In this document: positions 8,487-17,111 of the stretch, piece by piece
How positions within the stretch are numbered: the stretch's first letter is position 1
How the letters are laid out: each line of letters starts with the position of its first letter
Virus record (IMG/VR): IMGVR_UViG_3300032677_000014
Length of the DNA stretch: 64,000 nucleotides
Direction: 5' to 3' (one strand)
Source: an uncultured virus (IMG/VR IMGVR_UViG_3300032677_000014)
Taxonomy: Duplodnaviria; Heunggongvirae; Uroviricota; Caudoviricetes
Translations under genes and position numbers: made by a program
The notes under the pieces: model-generated
Told to the model about the DNA's origin: nothing
Database searches by the model: none
What the model saw: only the letters and a program-made list of their open reading frames with translations

Positions 8487-8905
8487 GTTGGACTAAAGCT
8501 TTTGAGCAAGACCTTCACGATAAATACGATGCTCCTGCTAAGGAAGTAGTTGCAAAGTATTTATCTAAAATGGGTTACAAAATATTACCTAATCCCGATC
8601 GTTACGGCGTCGACTTACTTGTGTTGGAAGGCGATGAACGAATTGGAGTAGTTGAGGTAGAGGTTCGTCAATGGAGTCCAACCTGCCCATTTCCTACCAT
8701 TCATGTGCCTAGTCGTAAAGCAAAATTCTTTGCTGGGCATGCACTATTCTTTGCTATCACACATGATATGAATCACGCTTATTGGATAGAGGCTAAAAAG
8801 ATATTTGAATTTCCAATGAAAGAAGTGCGTAACGTAAAGGTCGCATCAGGCGAATACTTTTATGATGTGCCGACCAGTGAATTTACTTTTGTGGAGTTGG
8901 TATGA
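8483..8905 (+). CDS. PD-(D/E)XK-fold-like hypothetical protein
   Basis: YGVDLL...VEVEVR. Confidence 0.55.
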   Translation: MSWTKAFEQDLHDKYDAPAKEVVAKYLSKMGYKILPNPDRYGVDLLVLEGDERIGVVEVEVRQWSPTCPFPTIHVPSRKAKFFAGHALFFAITHDMNHAYWIEAKKIFEFPMKEVRNVKVASGEYFYDVPTSEFTFVELV

Positions 8906-9198
8906 ACGCAAATAAACTAGCTGATGATTTGAATGGGGGCGATGTAAGCTATATAACAATGGACAAAGCAGCCACCATGCTACGCCAGCAACAAGCTGAA
9001 ATACAGGCGTTGAAAGGCGACGGAAAAGTATGTGCAAGATGCGGTGCCATTGCTTATGACCCTGTTATTACACAGACAGCAAAGACACTAACAGATGAGG
9101 AAATATGGCAGATTACCGAAGATTTTTGGAAAAGAGATTGGACAACGCTTGATGTTGGGTTTGCTAGAGCAATACTAAGAAAGGCACAAGAGAAATGA
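8902..9198 (+). CDS. mosaic mini-gene (ends ARAILRKAQEK)
   Basis: shares DNA boxes with ORFs 9195, 9401 and 15002. Confidence 0.7.
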   Translation: MNANKLADDLNGGDVSYITMDKAATMLRQQQAEIQALKGDGKVCARCGAIAYDPVITQTAKTLTDEEIWQITEDFWKRDWTTLDVGFARAILRKAQEK

Positions 9199-9404
9199 AC
9201 AATGAACCAGTAGCGTGGACTGCGTGTTTAGATTGTGGACAAAGAGTTACAGGCGATTCTATTCATACTTGCTCGCCACAACTAAAGACACTAACAGATG
9301 ATGAAATAGACCATGTTTGGTTTAATTACGGCTGGGGAAGTGTTGAAAAAGATGATTTGATGAAGTTTGCTAGAGCAATACTAAGAAAGGCACAAGAGAA
9401 ATGA
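9195..9404 (+). CDS. mosaic mini-gene with CxxC (ends ARAILRKAQEK)
   Basis: 40-bp 3' end identical to that of ORF 8902. Confidence 0.7.
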   Translation: MNNEPVAWTACLDCGQRVTGDSIHTCSPQLKTLTDDEIDHVWFNYGWGSVEKDDLMKFARAILRKAQEK

Positions 9405-9610
9405 GCTATTTTGTTGATGATATTTTTAGAAAACACGGATTGGTAGTTCCACTTGATGTAAAAAACGCATTAGACCTTGACCAACAATATGCAATATTTG
9501 CTAATGTAATTTTATTAAGCCCTAATTCTATTCGTGAATTTTTACAGGAATTAGAAGAACGAATCGAAGATTCTGTTTGGGAAAAGATAAGAAAGGCACA
9601 AGAGAAATGA
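9401..9610 (+). CDS. mosaic mini-gene (ends RKAQEK)
   Basis: shared 23-bp 3' box. Confidence 0.65.
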   Translation: MSYFVDDIFRKHGLVVPLDVKNALDLDQQYAIFANVILLSPNSIREFLQELEERIEDSVWEKIRKAQEK

Positions 9611-10311
9611 GGATTGCAGTAATCACTCCGACTATTGGGACTGATTGGTTGCCTCAAGCTATGCATAGTGTAGGCAATGATGCCGAGCATTGGATAGTAG
9701 TTGATGGTCTTGCTTACGCTACACGAGTTGCTAGCATGATTCAGGCACATCCATATAAGCAGAGCTTCATTGTGCTTCCTGAGAACACTGGAACGCCTAT
9801 TCAAGGGTTTAATGGTTTACCCTATACTGGGTTTTATAACGGTTACAGGATCAATGCCGCCATTCCATTCCTAACCAATGCAGATTATGTAATGTTTTTG
9901 GACGAAGATAACTGGTATGAACCAAACCATATATCTTCCATGGTAGAGGCTTTAGAAAAGAATAATTGGGACTGGTGTTATAGTCTTAGACGGATTGTAG
10001 ATAAAGAGGGCAATTTCTTATTTAACGACGAATCGGACAGCCTAGGAAATGCTCCTAGCTGGGAGGGTGGCTATACATTTGTGGATATGAACTGTTATTT
10101 ATTCAAGAACTGCGTGATTAACCGTATATCTCAAAGACTATTCCACACCCTTGATCCGTATAACGGGGATAAAGAATTGTTTAAAGCAGCCAGTAACCAA
10201 TTTCCAAACTTTGGTGGTACAGGGCTTTACACAGTGAATTACAGACTTACAAAACCTAATCAAAAAGATTGGTATGCAAAAGGAAACGAGAGGAAAAAGA
10301 ATGGAAACTAA
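9607..10311 (+). CDS. glycosyltransferase family 2
   Basis: IAVITPTIG, IVVDG, YVMFLDEDNWY (DxD). Confidence 0.85.
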   Translation: MRIAVITPTIGTDWLPQAMHSVGNDAEHWIVVDGLAYATRVASMIQAHPYKQSFIVLPENTGTPIQGFNGLPYTGFYNGYRINAAIPFLTNADYVMFLDEDNWYEPNHISSMVEALEKNNWDWCYSLRRIVDKEGNFLFNDESDSLGNAPSWEGGYTFVDMNCYLFKNCVINRISQRLFHTLDPYNGDKELFKAASNQFPNFGGTGLYTVNYRLTKPNQKDWYAKGNERKKNGN

Positions 10312-11053
10312 ACCGTATTTATTTGTAGCTACCCCGATGTATGGCGGTCTTTGTCATGGACAATACGCAGTAGGCATTATGCGTTGCGTAGGAGTCTTTG
10401 GACAAGCTGGAGTCCAGATGCAGTACTCTTATATGATGAATGAGTCTTTGATTACTCGTGCTAGGGATGCAATGGCTTACGACTTCTTAGAAAGCGACTG
10501 CACCCATTTAATGTTTATTGATGCGGACATTGGCTTTAGAGCAGAGGACATCATTCCGATGATTGATGCTGATAAAGACATTATCTGCGGGCTTTATCCA
10601 AAGAAAGAGATCAACTGGACACAGGTATCTGAGGCGGTAAAAGAAGGTAAGACTCCGCAAGAGCTATACGACTATACGGGCGTATTTGTTTTGAATGCCG
10701 TTGATGGAGCTGCTGAAGTCTATATGACTTTAAGTGAGCCATGTGAGATTGCTAACGGTGGCACAGGATTTATGTTAATTAAGCGTGAAGTGCTTGAAGG
10801 GTTGGCTGATAAGGTTCCGGAATACAACAGTGATATGTTTACTATCATTGATGAAGAGCGTAAGCCAAAAGTTATTAAGCAGTTCTTTGATACTAGTATT
10901 GATGTAGAAAACAATAACCGCTTGCTTTCCGAAGACTATCATTTTTGTAAGCTGGCTAGAGAAAATGGATACAAGGTGTGGGCTGCTCCCTGGGCACGAT
11001 TATCTCATTGTGGCTCTTACATCTTTAGCGGTGCACTAAGGAGTGCAGAATGA
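10301..11053 (+). CDS. GT-A fold glycosyltransferase-like protein
   Basis: VATPMYGG, SLITRAR, THLMFIDADI, GTGFMLIKR, LSEDYHFC. Confidence 0.8.
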   Translation: METKPYLFVATPMYGGLCHGQYAVGIMRCVGVFGQAGVQMQYSYMMNESLITRARDAMAYDFLESDCTHLMFIDADIGFRAEDIIPMIDADKDIICGLYPKKEINWTQVSEAVKEGKTPQELYDYTGVFVLNAVDGAAEVYMTLSEPCEIANGGTGFMLIKREVLEGLADKVPEYNSDMFTIIDEERKPKVIKQFFDTSIDVENNNRLLSEDYHFCKLARENGYKVWAAPWARLSHCGSYIFSGALRSAE

Positions 11054-11196
11054 GTTCTTGGTTAATTATTGTTACAGGGTTAATTTATGCGTACATCGGA
11101 CTGGAGCAAGGGTTTAAAGGGAATGTTGCTTTATGCATTACCTACTGTGCTTATTCTGCTGCTAATGTGGGTCTTTATATGATGGCGACAAAATGA
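11050..11196 (+). CDS. small membrane protein (48 aa, not in ORF track)
   Basis: MSSWLIIVTGLIYAYIGLEQ...NVGLYMMATK; AGGAG RBS; ATGA overlaps at both ends. Confidence 0.6.
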   Translation: MSSWLIIVTGLIYAYIGLEQGFKGNVALCITYCAYSAANVGLYMMATK

Positions 11197-11561
11197 AAAA
11201 TGATTGGCAAAGAGCGTATTGGCAGGGCTATTGGTCTGGATCTTTGATTGGGATTATCGGCTGTATAGTTGGGCTATATATTGGTACACATGCTAAATTA
11301 GCATGTAGCCAAACCTTATGGGATAACAGTCCTATGAACTTTAAAAATAGCGAGTTGAACTATAATAACAGCCCGCAAAATTTTAATAACAGCCCAATGG
11401 ACTATCACAACAGTACTGTAAATCCGTACAGTGGGGTTTACGATAATAGCGGAAGTCGTATTGGCTATGAAACAATCAGTCCTAGTGGTGTTCAAAACTA
11501 CTACGACAACAACGGAAACAGAGTAGGATACAGAGGAGAAAGCAATGGTAGATTACAGTGA
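11193..11561 (+). CDS. membrane-anchored/exported protein with Asn-rich repeats
   Basis: TM segment, then heptad [WFY]xNSPxN repeats and two YDNxGxRxGY repeats. Confidence 0.65.
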   Translation: MKNDWQRAYWQGYWSGSLIGIIGCIVGLYIGTHAKLACSQTLWDNSPMNFKNSELNYNNSPQNFNNSPMDYHNSTVNPYSGVYDNSGSRIGYETISPSGVQNYYDNNGNRVGYRGESNGRLQ

Positions 11562-11715
11562 AGCATTTTTAAGATTAGATAAGTCTTTAAGATCAGTTTA
11601 TGAGTTGCTGCTTAAAAACAAAAAGGATGAAGCAGAGGCTTTATTGCTAGAAATGGCTCAGATTGCGGTGATTACTGCTTCATGGATAAAGAATGAAGAT
11701 AACGAACAAGTATAA
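11545..11715 (+). CDS. hypothetical protein (56 aa, not in ORF track)
   Basis: GAGGAG RBS; MVDYSEAFLRLDK... Confidence 0.5.
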   Translation: MVDYSEAFLRLDKSLRSVYELLLKNKKDEAEALLLEMAQIAVITASWIKNEDNEQV

Positions 11716-12583
11716 TCTTCCGCAAACTTTTCTCAATGTGGCTAAGCGTCCTGCTTACACAAAGGGGAAGGCACACGTATCGGCTACTGAGCTTCTCAAT
11801 AGTCCACGCATAGTCCAGCTTAAGAAAAAGTATGACGATCAGATTGAGACCGATGTGTCCGATATGATTTGGTCTATTATTGGAACCGCAATTCACGGAG
11901 TATTGGAGCATGGGAAAGATGCTAACCACATTGTTGAGCAAAGACTACATGAAGTACTTGATGGTTGGCATATTTCTGGCGCTATTGACCTGCAAATTGT
12001 ACATCCTGATGGCATAGAGATTAACGACTACAAGAATGTAGGCGTATGGTCTGTCATGAACGAGAAGATTGAGTGGGAGCAACAGCTCAATATCTATGCT
12101 TGGTTAGTCGAGAAGGTTAAAAAGACGCCAGTAGTTAAGCTAGCCATCATCGCTATCATCCGTGATTGGAATCGTAGGGATGCCAAGACTCGTGAGGGTT
12201 ATCCCCAATGCCAAGTGGAAACAATTCCGATTACTCTATGGCCTATGGAGCAACGAGAAGAATTTATTCGTAATAGAATACATATTCAGTCAGAAGGGTT
12301 ATTCGCCATGGAGACTGGAGAAGTGCTACCATTATGTACACCGGATGAGATGTGGGAAAAGCCTACAACTTATGCGGTTAAGAAGGAGGGAGCTGCACGG
12401 GCAAAGTCTGTCCATGCAGATTTAGAGGAAGCCGAAGAAGCGTTAGAAAAAGCAGGCAAAGGATATGCTCTAGAAGTTAGAGAAGGTGAGCGCACCCGTT
12501 GTGCAAACTTTTGTCCAGTGTCTGAATTTTGTGACCAATACAAATCTTACTTAGAGGAGAAACAAAATGAGAAAGCAAGTTGA
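11693..12583 (+). CDS. PD-(D/E)XK exonuclease (RecB/Cas4-like)
   Basis: GTAIH, ISGAIDL, INDYK, QLNIY, C-terminal CxxFCxVxxFC. Confidence 0.8.
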   Translation: MKITNKYNLPQTFLNVAKRPAYTKGKAHVSATELLNSPRIVQLKKKYDDQIETDVSDMIWSIIGTAIHGVLEHGKDANHIVEQRLHEVLDGWHISGAIDLQIVHPDGIEINDYKNVGVWSVMNEKIEWEQQLNIYAWLVEKVKKTPVVKLAIIAIIRDWNRRDAKTREGYPQCQVETIPITLWPMEQREEFIRNRIHIQSEGLFAMETGEVLPLCTPDEMWEKPTTYAVKKEGAARAKSVHADLEEAEEALEKAGKGYALEVREGERTRCANFCPVSEFCDQYKSYLEEKQNEKAS

Positions 12584-12773
12584 AATTAAAAACACACCAA
12601 TCGTAACAGGTCAATTAAGCGAAGAGCTTGGCGTAACATTAAGCAAAGAGTTTATTATGCACAAGCTAAAAGTTAAGCCATTGTTGGAAACAAAGACAAG
12701 CGCTTACTGGGATGATGTTAAGTTAATTCAAGCACGACTTGGCGCATACTTTACTAGAATCTCAAAACTGTAA
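12567..12773 (+). CDS. hypothetical protein
   Basis: GAGGAG RBS. Confidence 0.55.
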   Translation: MRKQVEIKNTPIVTGQLSEELGVTLSKEFIMHKLKVKPLLETKTSAYWDDVKLIQARLGAYFTRISKL

Positions 12774-12782
12774 GAGAAAAAA

Positions 12783-13007
12783 ATGAGCTATGAACAATTT
12801 GTCATGGGGTACAGAAGATATACAACAACCGCTAGATCATTATCCGAAGCATTTAGAGATGCAGATTATGCAACACCTATCTGGAGATGTGAGACGGATT
12901 ATGACCGAACAAAGCATTACTTACAGGAGATTGCAATATTTGCGGCACTGTTTGTGGTTGCATTTTCAATCTTTGGATCGGGACTCTACGCATGGATAAC
13001 AAGATAA
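12783..13007 (+). CDS. small membrane protein, paralog of 1572..1793
   Basis: RSLSEAFRDADYA plus C-terminal TM helix. Confidence 0.6.
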   Translation: MSYEQFVMGYRRYTTTARSLSEAFRDADYATPIWRCETDYDRTKHYLQEIAIFAALFVVAFSIFGSGLYAWITR

Positions 13008-13237
13008 AAGCCAATGAATATCAGGTTGCCGGTACTCATTATTCTGACAATGCCATTCAGCCTTGGGATTATATTGTGGCTAATGGGCTGGGATACCTTG
13101 AAGGAAACATTATTAAGTACACGACTCGCTGGCGCAGGAAAGGCGGGATACAGGATCTTGAAAAAGTTATTCACTACGCACAGAAACTAATTGAAGTAGA
13201 AAACTTAAGAAAACTGAAAGAGGAACACGATAAATGA
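12992..13237 (+). CDS. DUF3310 (SaV-like/putative nucleotide kinase) protein
   Basis: QVAGTHY...IQPWDYI...GNIIKY..R...KGG.QDLEK..HY. Confidence 0.85.
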   Translation: MDNKIKANEYQVAGTHYSDNAIQPWDYIVANGLGYLEGNIIKYTTRWRRKGGIQDLEKVIHYAQKLIEVENLRKLKEEHDK

Positions 13238-13923
13238 GTATTTATAAAAAGTTACAAGAAGCACGAATAATGCTTCAGAATACAAAACTAAAGAAGTCTG
13301 GACACAATAAGTTTGCCAACTACTATTACTTTGAGTTGGGTGACTTTTTGCCAGAGATCCAAAATATTTGCCAAAAGGTTGGCATGTGCGGAGTGGTAGC
13401 GTTTAATAAAGAAGATGCATATCTAACCATTTATGATACAGATGATGGTAGCTTTGCTACATTTACATCTCCTATGTCTAGCGCTGCATTAAAAGGCTGC
13501 CACGATGTTCAAAACTTGGGCGCAGTGCAAACCTATCTGCGTCGCTATTTATGGGTCAATGCATTTGAGATTGTGGAGCATGACGCATTAGAGCCATTGA
13601 CTGGAAAAGAAACACCAGTTATTATACAAGCACCTAAAGTGTCTAATATCCCTGCTCCAGAGAAAGCCGTTGAGAAAGCCATTAAAACAAGCAAGGAATG
13701 GCATTTGATACCAGAGGGTGAAGAAGGCTCTCCTGAGTGGATTAAAGGGCTTATAGCAGGCGCTAATGTATTATTAGAGACTGCATCAACATCAGACGAT
13801 GTAGCAAACATATTCAAAAATAATCGGTCAGTCTTTGACATCTTTAAAGCCAAAGATGAACCCGCTTATTCAGAATTAATGAGTAAATTTTCAGAAACCA
13901 AAAAAGCACTAGCGAAGGAGTAA
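13234..13923 (+). CDS. erf: ERF-family ssDNA-annealing recombinase
   Basis: KKSGHNKFANYYYFEL.D, QNLGAVQTYLRRY. Confidence 0.85.
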   Translation: MSIYKKLQEARIMLQNTKLKKSGHNKFANYYYFELGDFLPEIQNICQKVGMCGVVAFNKEDAYLTIYDTDDGSFATFTSPMSSAALKGCHDVQNLGAVQTYLRRYLWVNAFEIVEHDALEPLTGKETPVIIQAPKVSNIPAPEKAVEKAIKTSKEWHLIPEGEEGSPEWIKGLIAGANVLLETASTSDDVANIFKNNRSVFDIFKAKDEPAYSELMSKFSETKKALAKE

Positions 13924-13926
13924 TAA

Positions 13927-14202
13927 ATGGACTATCCAAATCAAGGAACCATGTGGCACAACCAAGAGAAAAAGCACCCAAAGGCACCAGACTTTGCAGG
14001 CTCTATGTTGTTTGAGAAAGCGTTTCTACAAGACTTAATTGAAAAGTCTAAGAATGGTGAAGTAGAGCTTAAACTAGATCTTTGGAAGGGTAAGGTAAAC
14101 ACTCGTAACGGCGAGCGCAATGTATTAAATGTAAAAGTTAACACATATGTTAAGCCCGATGAGCAAGCACAATCTTCTGCAAAAGATCCATGGGATGAGT
14201 AA
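13927..14202 (+). CDS. putative ssDNA-binding protein
   Basis: KKHPKAPDFAG, acidic-aromatic tail DPWDE; directly follows ERF. Confidence 0.55.
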   Translation: MDYPNQGTMWHNQEKKHPKAPDFAGSMLFEKAFLQDLIEKSKNGEVELKLDLWKGKVNTRNGERNVLNVKVNTYVKPDEQAQSSAKDPWDE

Positions 14203-14627
14203 TGGAGACTAGTCAGTTTGAAGCTAAAAAGGTAGCTCTTAAGCAGACTAAGGATGGGTATGCTATGACGTTAGCTATCCATCCAGATGATCTTCCTGAT
14301 GAGATTATGCGGGATTTTGTGGGTGCCAGGTATATGGTTGTTATGGTTAGGCTTAACGATAATGAAGAGCCATTAAACCGTGAAGAGTTTGCGGGCGCTC
14401 AAATGGTTAAGCTAGCAGGAATGCTTTGCCGAGATAAAGACTTTTGGGAATTCTTGCACGAAGAAGGAAGCCTATTCCAAAAGACTGAAGCAGAATGTGT
14501 TGAATGGATGCAAAATTATTTAGTCGTTAGCTCTAGATCTGAAATCAAGACTAACCTAGCCGCTCAAAAGGCGCTTAAAGATATCTATGCGGAGTATAAA
14601 GAGTGGAAAACGACAAAGAATACATGA
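14202..14627 (+). CDS. conserved phage hypothetical protein
   Basis: ORF coupled to the previous gene (TAATG). Confidence 0.7.
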   Translation: METSQFEAKKVALKQTKDGYAMTLAIHPDDLPDEIMRDFVGARYMVVMVRLNDNEEPLNREEFAGAQMVKLAGMLCRDKDFWEFLHEEGSLFQKTEAECVEWMQNYLVVSSRSEIKTNLAAQKALKDIYAEYKEWKTTKNT

Positions 14628-14797
14628 GATTTTTAGCGGCTTGCTTTGCCATTGTGGGTGGAGCTACGCCTAGGATTGCCGTAAATATTGCAGATGAGCT
14701 TATAGAGGAGCTAGAAAATGAAAAGATTACTGATGGCGGTATCGCTGCTGTGGTGCCTAAACGCAAGCGCAGGAGTAATAGCGGAGATGCCAAATAG
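14603..14797 (+). CDS. hypothetical protein
   Basis: GTG start after GGAG RBS. Confidence 0.45.
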   Translation: MENDKEYMRFLAACFAIVGGATPRIAVNIADELIEELENEKITDGGIAAVVPKRKRRSNSGDAK

Positions 14798-15005
14798 GGG
14801 TGGCGGATCCATTGCTTTGACTAATGTCCCATGTAAGTCTAAAGAAAAATCTTGGGTTGCCTATTCTTATTTAAAGAGTGGGGAATCATTCTTAGGATGT
14901 TGGGTTATGGAAAGCGAAAGAGTATTCATTATTTGGAATGACGGGGATCTGCGATCCTACGATGCCAATTACTTTATTATGACAGGCGCTAAGAAATACC
15001 TATGA
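14718..15005 (+). CDS. putative exported protein
   Basis: signal-peptide-like MKRLLMAVSLLWCLNASA; GAGGAG RBS. Confidence 0.6.
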   Translation: MKRLLMAVSLLWCLNASAGVIAEMPNRGGGSIALTNVPCKSKEKSWVAYSYLKSGESFLGCWVMESERVFIIWNDGDLRSYDANYFIMTGAKKYL

Positions 15006-15211
15006 ACGCAAATGAACTAGCTGATTGGATTGAAGATGATAGCGTTGTTGACATAATGCTTACATCACAAGAGCATTATCGGGGTTTAGTAGCCACCATG
15101 CTACGCCAGCAACAAGCTGAAATAGAGGCGTTGAAAAACAAAATAAAAAGTTACGAAAACTTAGGAAATATGATGCTTGACGAATTATTAGAAAAGGCAC
15201 AAGAGAAATGA
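15002..15211 (+). CDS. mosaic mini-gene, shares boxes with 8902..9198
   Basis: MNANELAD, ATMLRQQQAEI, KAQEK. Confidence 0.7.
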   Translation: MNANELADWIEDDSVVDIMLTSQEHYRGLVATMLRQQQAEIEALKNKIKSYENLGNMMLDELLEKAQEK

Positions 15212-15393
15212 CCACCTTCACCACACAAGACCGATTAGATGCGCAACGTACCCCGTTGACAGAGCGACAAATCAGCGAGATATTTAACGCAGTATTCGGG
15301 TGGGGCGATCCCAGCAATGACGAAGTTGAGTTTGCCCGCGCCATCGAACGCGCCCACGGAATTGGTGATACATACCACCAGATTGAAGATTGA
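15208..15393 (+). CDS. hypothetical mini-gene (LTxxxI...FARAI family)
   Basis: diverged relative of ORFs 8902 and 9195. Confidence 0.6.
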   Translation: MTTFTTQDRLDAQRTPLTERQISEIFNAVFGWGDPSNDEVEFARAIERAHGIGDTYHQIED

Positions 15394-15509
15394 TGAGCTT
15401 TACAATTTATCAAGAAAATGGATTGAAAGTTATTCAATACTTCTTTAATATAGAAGATCTTATTAAATCAATGTTGAATAACCCCAAAGACGTCTACCAC
15501 AGAAATTAA
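15393..15509 (+). CDS. hypothetical peptide (38 aa)
   Basis: TGATG coupling; MSFTIYQENGLKVIQYFF... Confidence 0.4.
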   Translation: MSFTIYQENGLKVIQYFFNIEDLIKSMLNNPKDVYHRN

Positions 15510-15614
15510 GCGATATGATAGAGGAACTAGAGGAGATCATACTGGCTCTCAAGCTGGGTGGAGTCTCAATGCCAAATTACCAAGTTTTAGAAGACGGATC
15601 AGTATATTTATATT

Positions 15615-15878
15615 ATGGACCAAAAGAAACGGATTATTTCCTACTTGACCAAGTTCCCGGGATCAAAGACCGAGAAATTGCAAGAGGATCTGTTGATTAA
15701 AAGATCTTCTCTAGGGCTGCATTTACGCAATTTGGCAGACTCAGGATCTATCGTAAAGACTCAAGAAGGTGGCTGGCAGGTGTCAGAAAACCACGTTATG
15801 CAAAAGCCTGTAAAGAATTTAACCCCACTGGATATAGCAGGGCTATATATCAGAAAGATGATAGATGTACAGAAATAA
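15615..15878 (+). CDS. winged-HTH-like protein
   Basis: IISYL...LQEDL.IKRSSLGLHLRNL..SG.IVK...GW. Confidence 0.6.
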   Translation: MDQKKRIISYLTKFPGSKTEKLQEDLLIKRSSLGLHLRNLADSGSIVKTQEGGWQVSENHVMQKPVKNLTPLDIAGLYIRKMIDVQK

Positions 15879-16152
15879 GAGGTTATTAGAAATTGTTAGA
15901 CAATCCCCATGCCAGCACTGCGGTAGATCCGATGGAACAGTGGTTGCAGCGCACAGTAATCAGCTTCGAGACGGTAAAGGCAGAGGAATTAAAGCAGATG
16001 ATTTTCGAATATCGGCACTCTGCTACTCGTGCCACATGGAACTCGACCAAGGTGCGAAGTACACCAAGGCTCGCCGTATTGAAATATGGGAAGAAGCACA
16101 CCGCTCAACTATTGGCTGGCTGTTTCAAAACGGGCACATTGAAATAAAGTAG
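15865..16152 (+). CDS. DUF1364/YbcO-like Zn-binding putative nuclease
   Basis: CQHCG...VVAAH...GKGRGIK..D....LCYSCH..LD. Confidence 0.75.
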   Translation: MYRNKRLLEIVRQSPCQHCGRSDGTVVAAHSNQLRDGKGRGIKADDFRISALCYSCHMELDQGAKYTKARRIEIWEEAHRSTIGWLFQNGHIEIK

Positions 16153-16206
16153 GGGGCGACCGAAGGTCTGGACGCAGAGGAGGGCGCCGCTACCCCCGTT
16201 GGTATT

Positions 16207-16554
16207 CTACAGCTCCAAGGGATCAAAGCCAAGTTCATCCGAAACTACCTTGGCTCTACGCTTAAATTCCTTATCGTGAGCAGCCCATCTATCGTTAGAC
16301 CAGCGGCTCATATGGATGCATTCGTGGCATAACACTCTGATTACGGTGTTCAAATGGGCGCATTTCTCAGTTGAAATGGTAATCGTATGCTCAAATTCCT
16401 CACCATCTTCATAGATATAGGTGCCCATAGCATCGGTATCTTTATCAGCAACAAACTTAACCTGCTCTGGCAAAGGCATATTCCACCGATGAAATGGCTT
16501 CATGCAATAGATTGCAGAGTAAAGATTCTGAAGGATTGCTGGTGTTAATTTCAT
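16207..16554 (-). CDS. SprT-like zinc metalloprotease
   Basis: LCHECIH...H.KEFK. Confidence 0.75.
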   Translation of the reverse strand: MKLTPAILQNLYSAIYCMKPFHRWNMPLPEQVKFVADKDTDAMGTYIYEDGEEFEHTITISTEKCAHLNTVIRVLCHECIHMSRWSNDRWAAHDKEFKRRAKVVSDELGFDPLEL

Positions 16555-17111
16555 ACTTTAAACCTATTCCCCTTGCTAGAATTCAACATAGGATCTAATA
16601 ATTGTAAGTTTTCCCAGCAATGCAATCCACATACGTTTTCGCCCTGCAAAGGTATTACGTGATCTACCGCAAAACCCCATTCTTTTGCTTTAATGTAAAC
16701 GGTTTCAACTAAATCCTTCTCAAACCAAGGTGGCGTAGCTTGCAGTTTTGTAGACCTATATTTTGCTAACCAAGCAGTTCTTTTGCCACGATTGGCCTCT
16801 CGATATTTCTTTTGATATTCATATGATTTATCAGGATTTAATTTTCTGTAAGAATTGTTTTTGTTATAAACATCTTTTTTATTTAATGCGTACCAATCTT
16901 TTTTGACTTGACTGACTTTTTCTGGGTTTTCTTGACGGTATTTTGCAACAGTTTGCTTTACCTTTTCAGAATTAGCTTGATAGTATTGTTTATCTCCCTG
17001 ACGTTTGCATAATTTGCACTCAGTAGATAACCCGTCTTTTTTACTTTTGTTACGTCCAAAAGCATCTAAAAACTTGGTTTCTTGGCATTTATAGCAATAT
17101 TTCGTCAACAT
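16551..17111 (-). CDS. HNH homing-endonuclease-like protein
   Basis: N-terminal CxxC..CxxC; VDHVIPLQG..VCGLH..ENLQ..N..KGN. Confidence 0.85.
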   Translation of the reverse strand: MLTKYCYKCQETKFLDAFGRNKSKKDGLSTECKLCKRQGDKQYYQANSEKVKQTVAKYRQENPEKVSQVKKDWYALNKKDVYNKNNSYRKLNPDKSYEYQKKYREANRGKRTAWLAKYRSTKLQATPPWFEKDLVETVYIKAKEWGFAVDHVIPLQGENVCGLHCWENLQLLDPMLNSSKGNRFKV

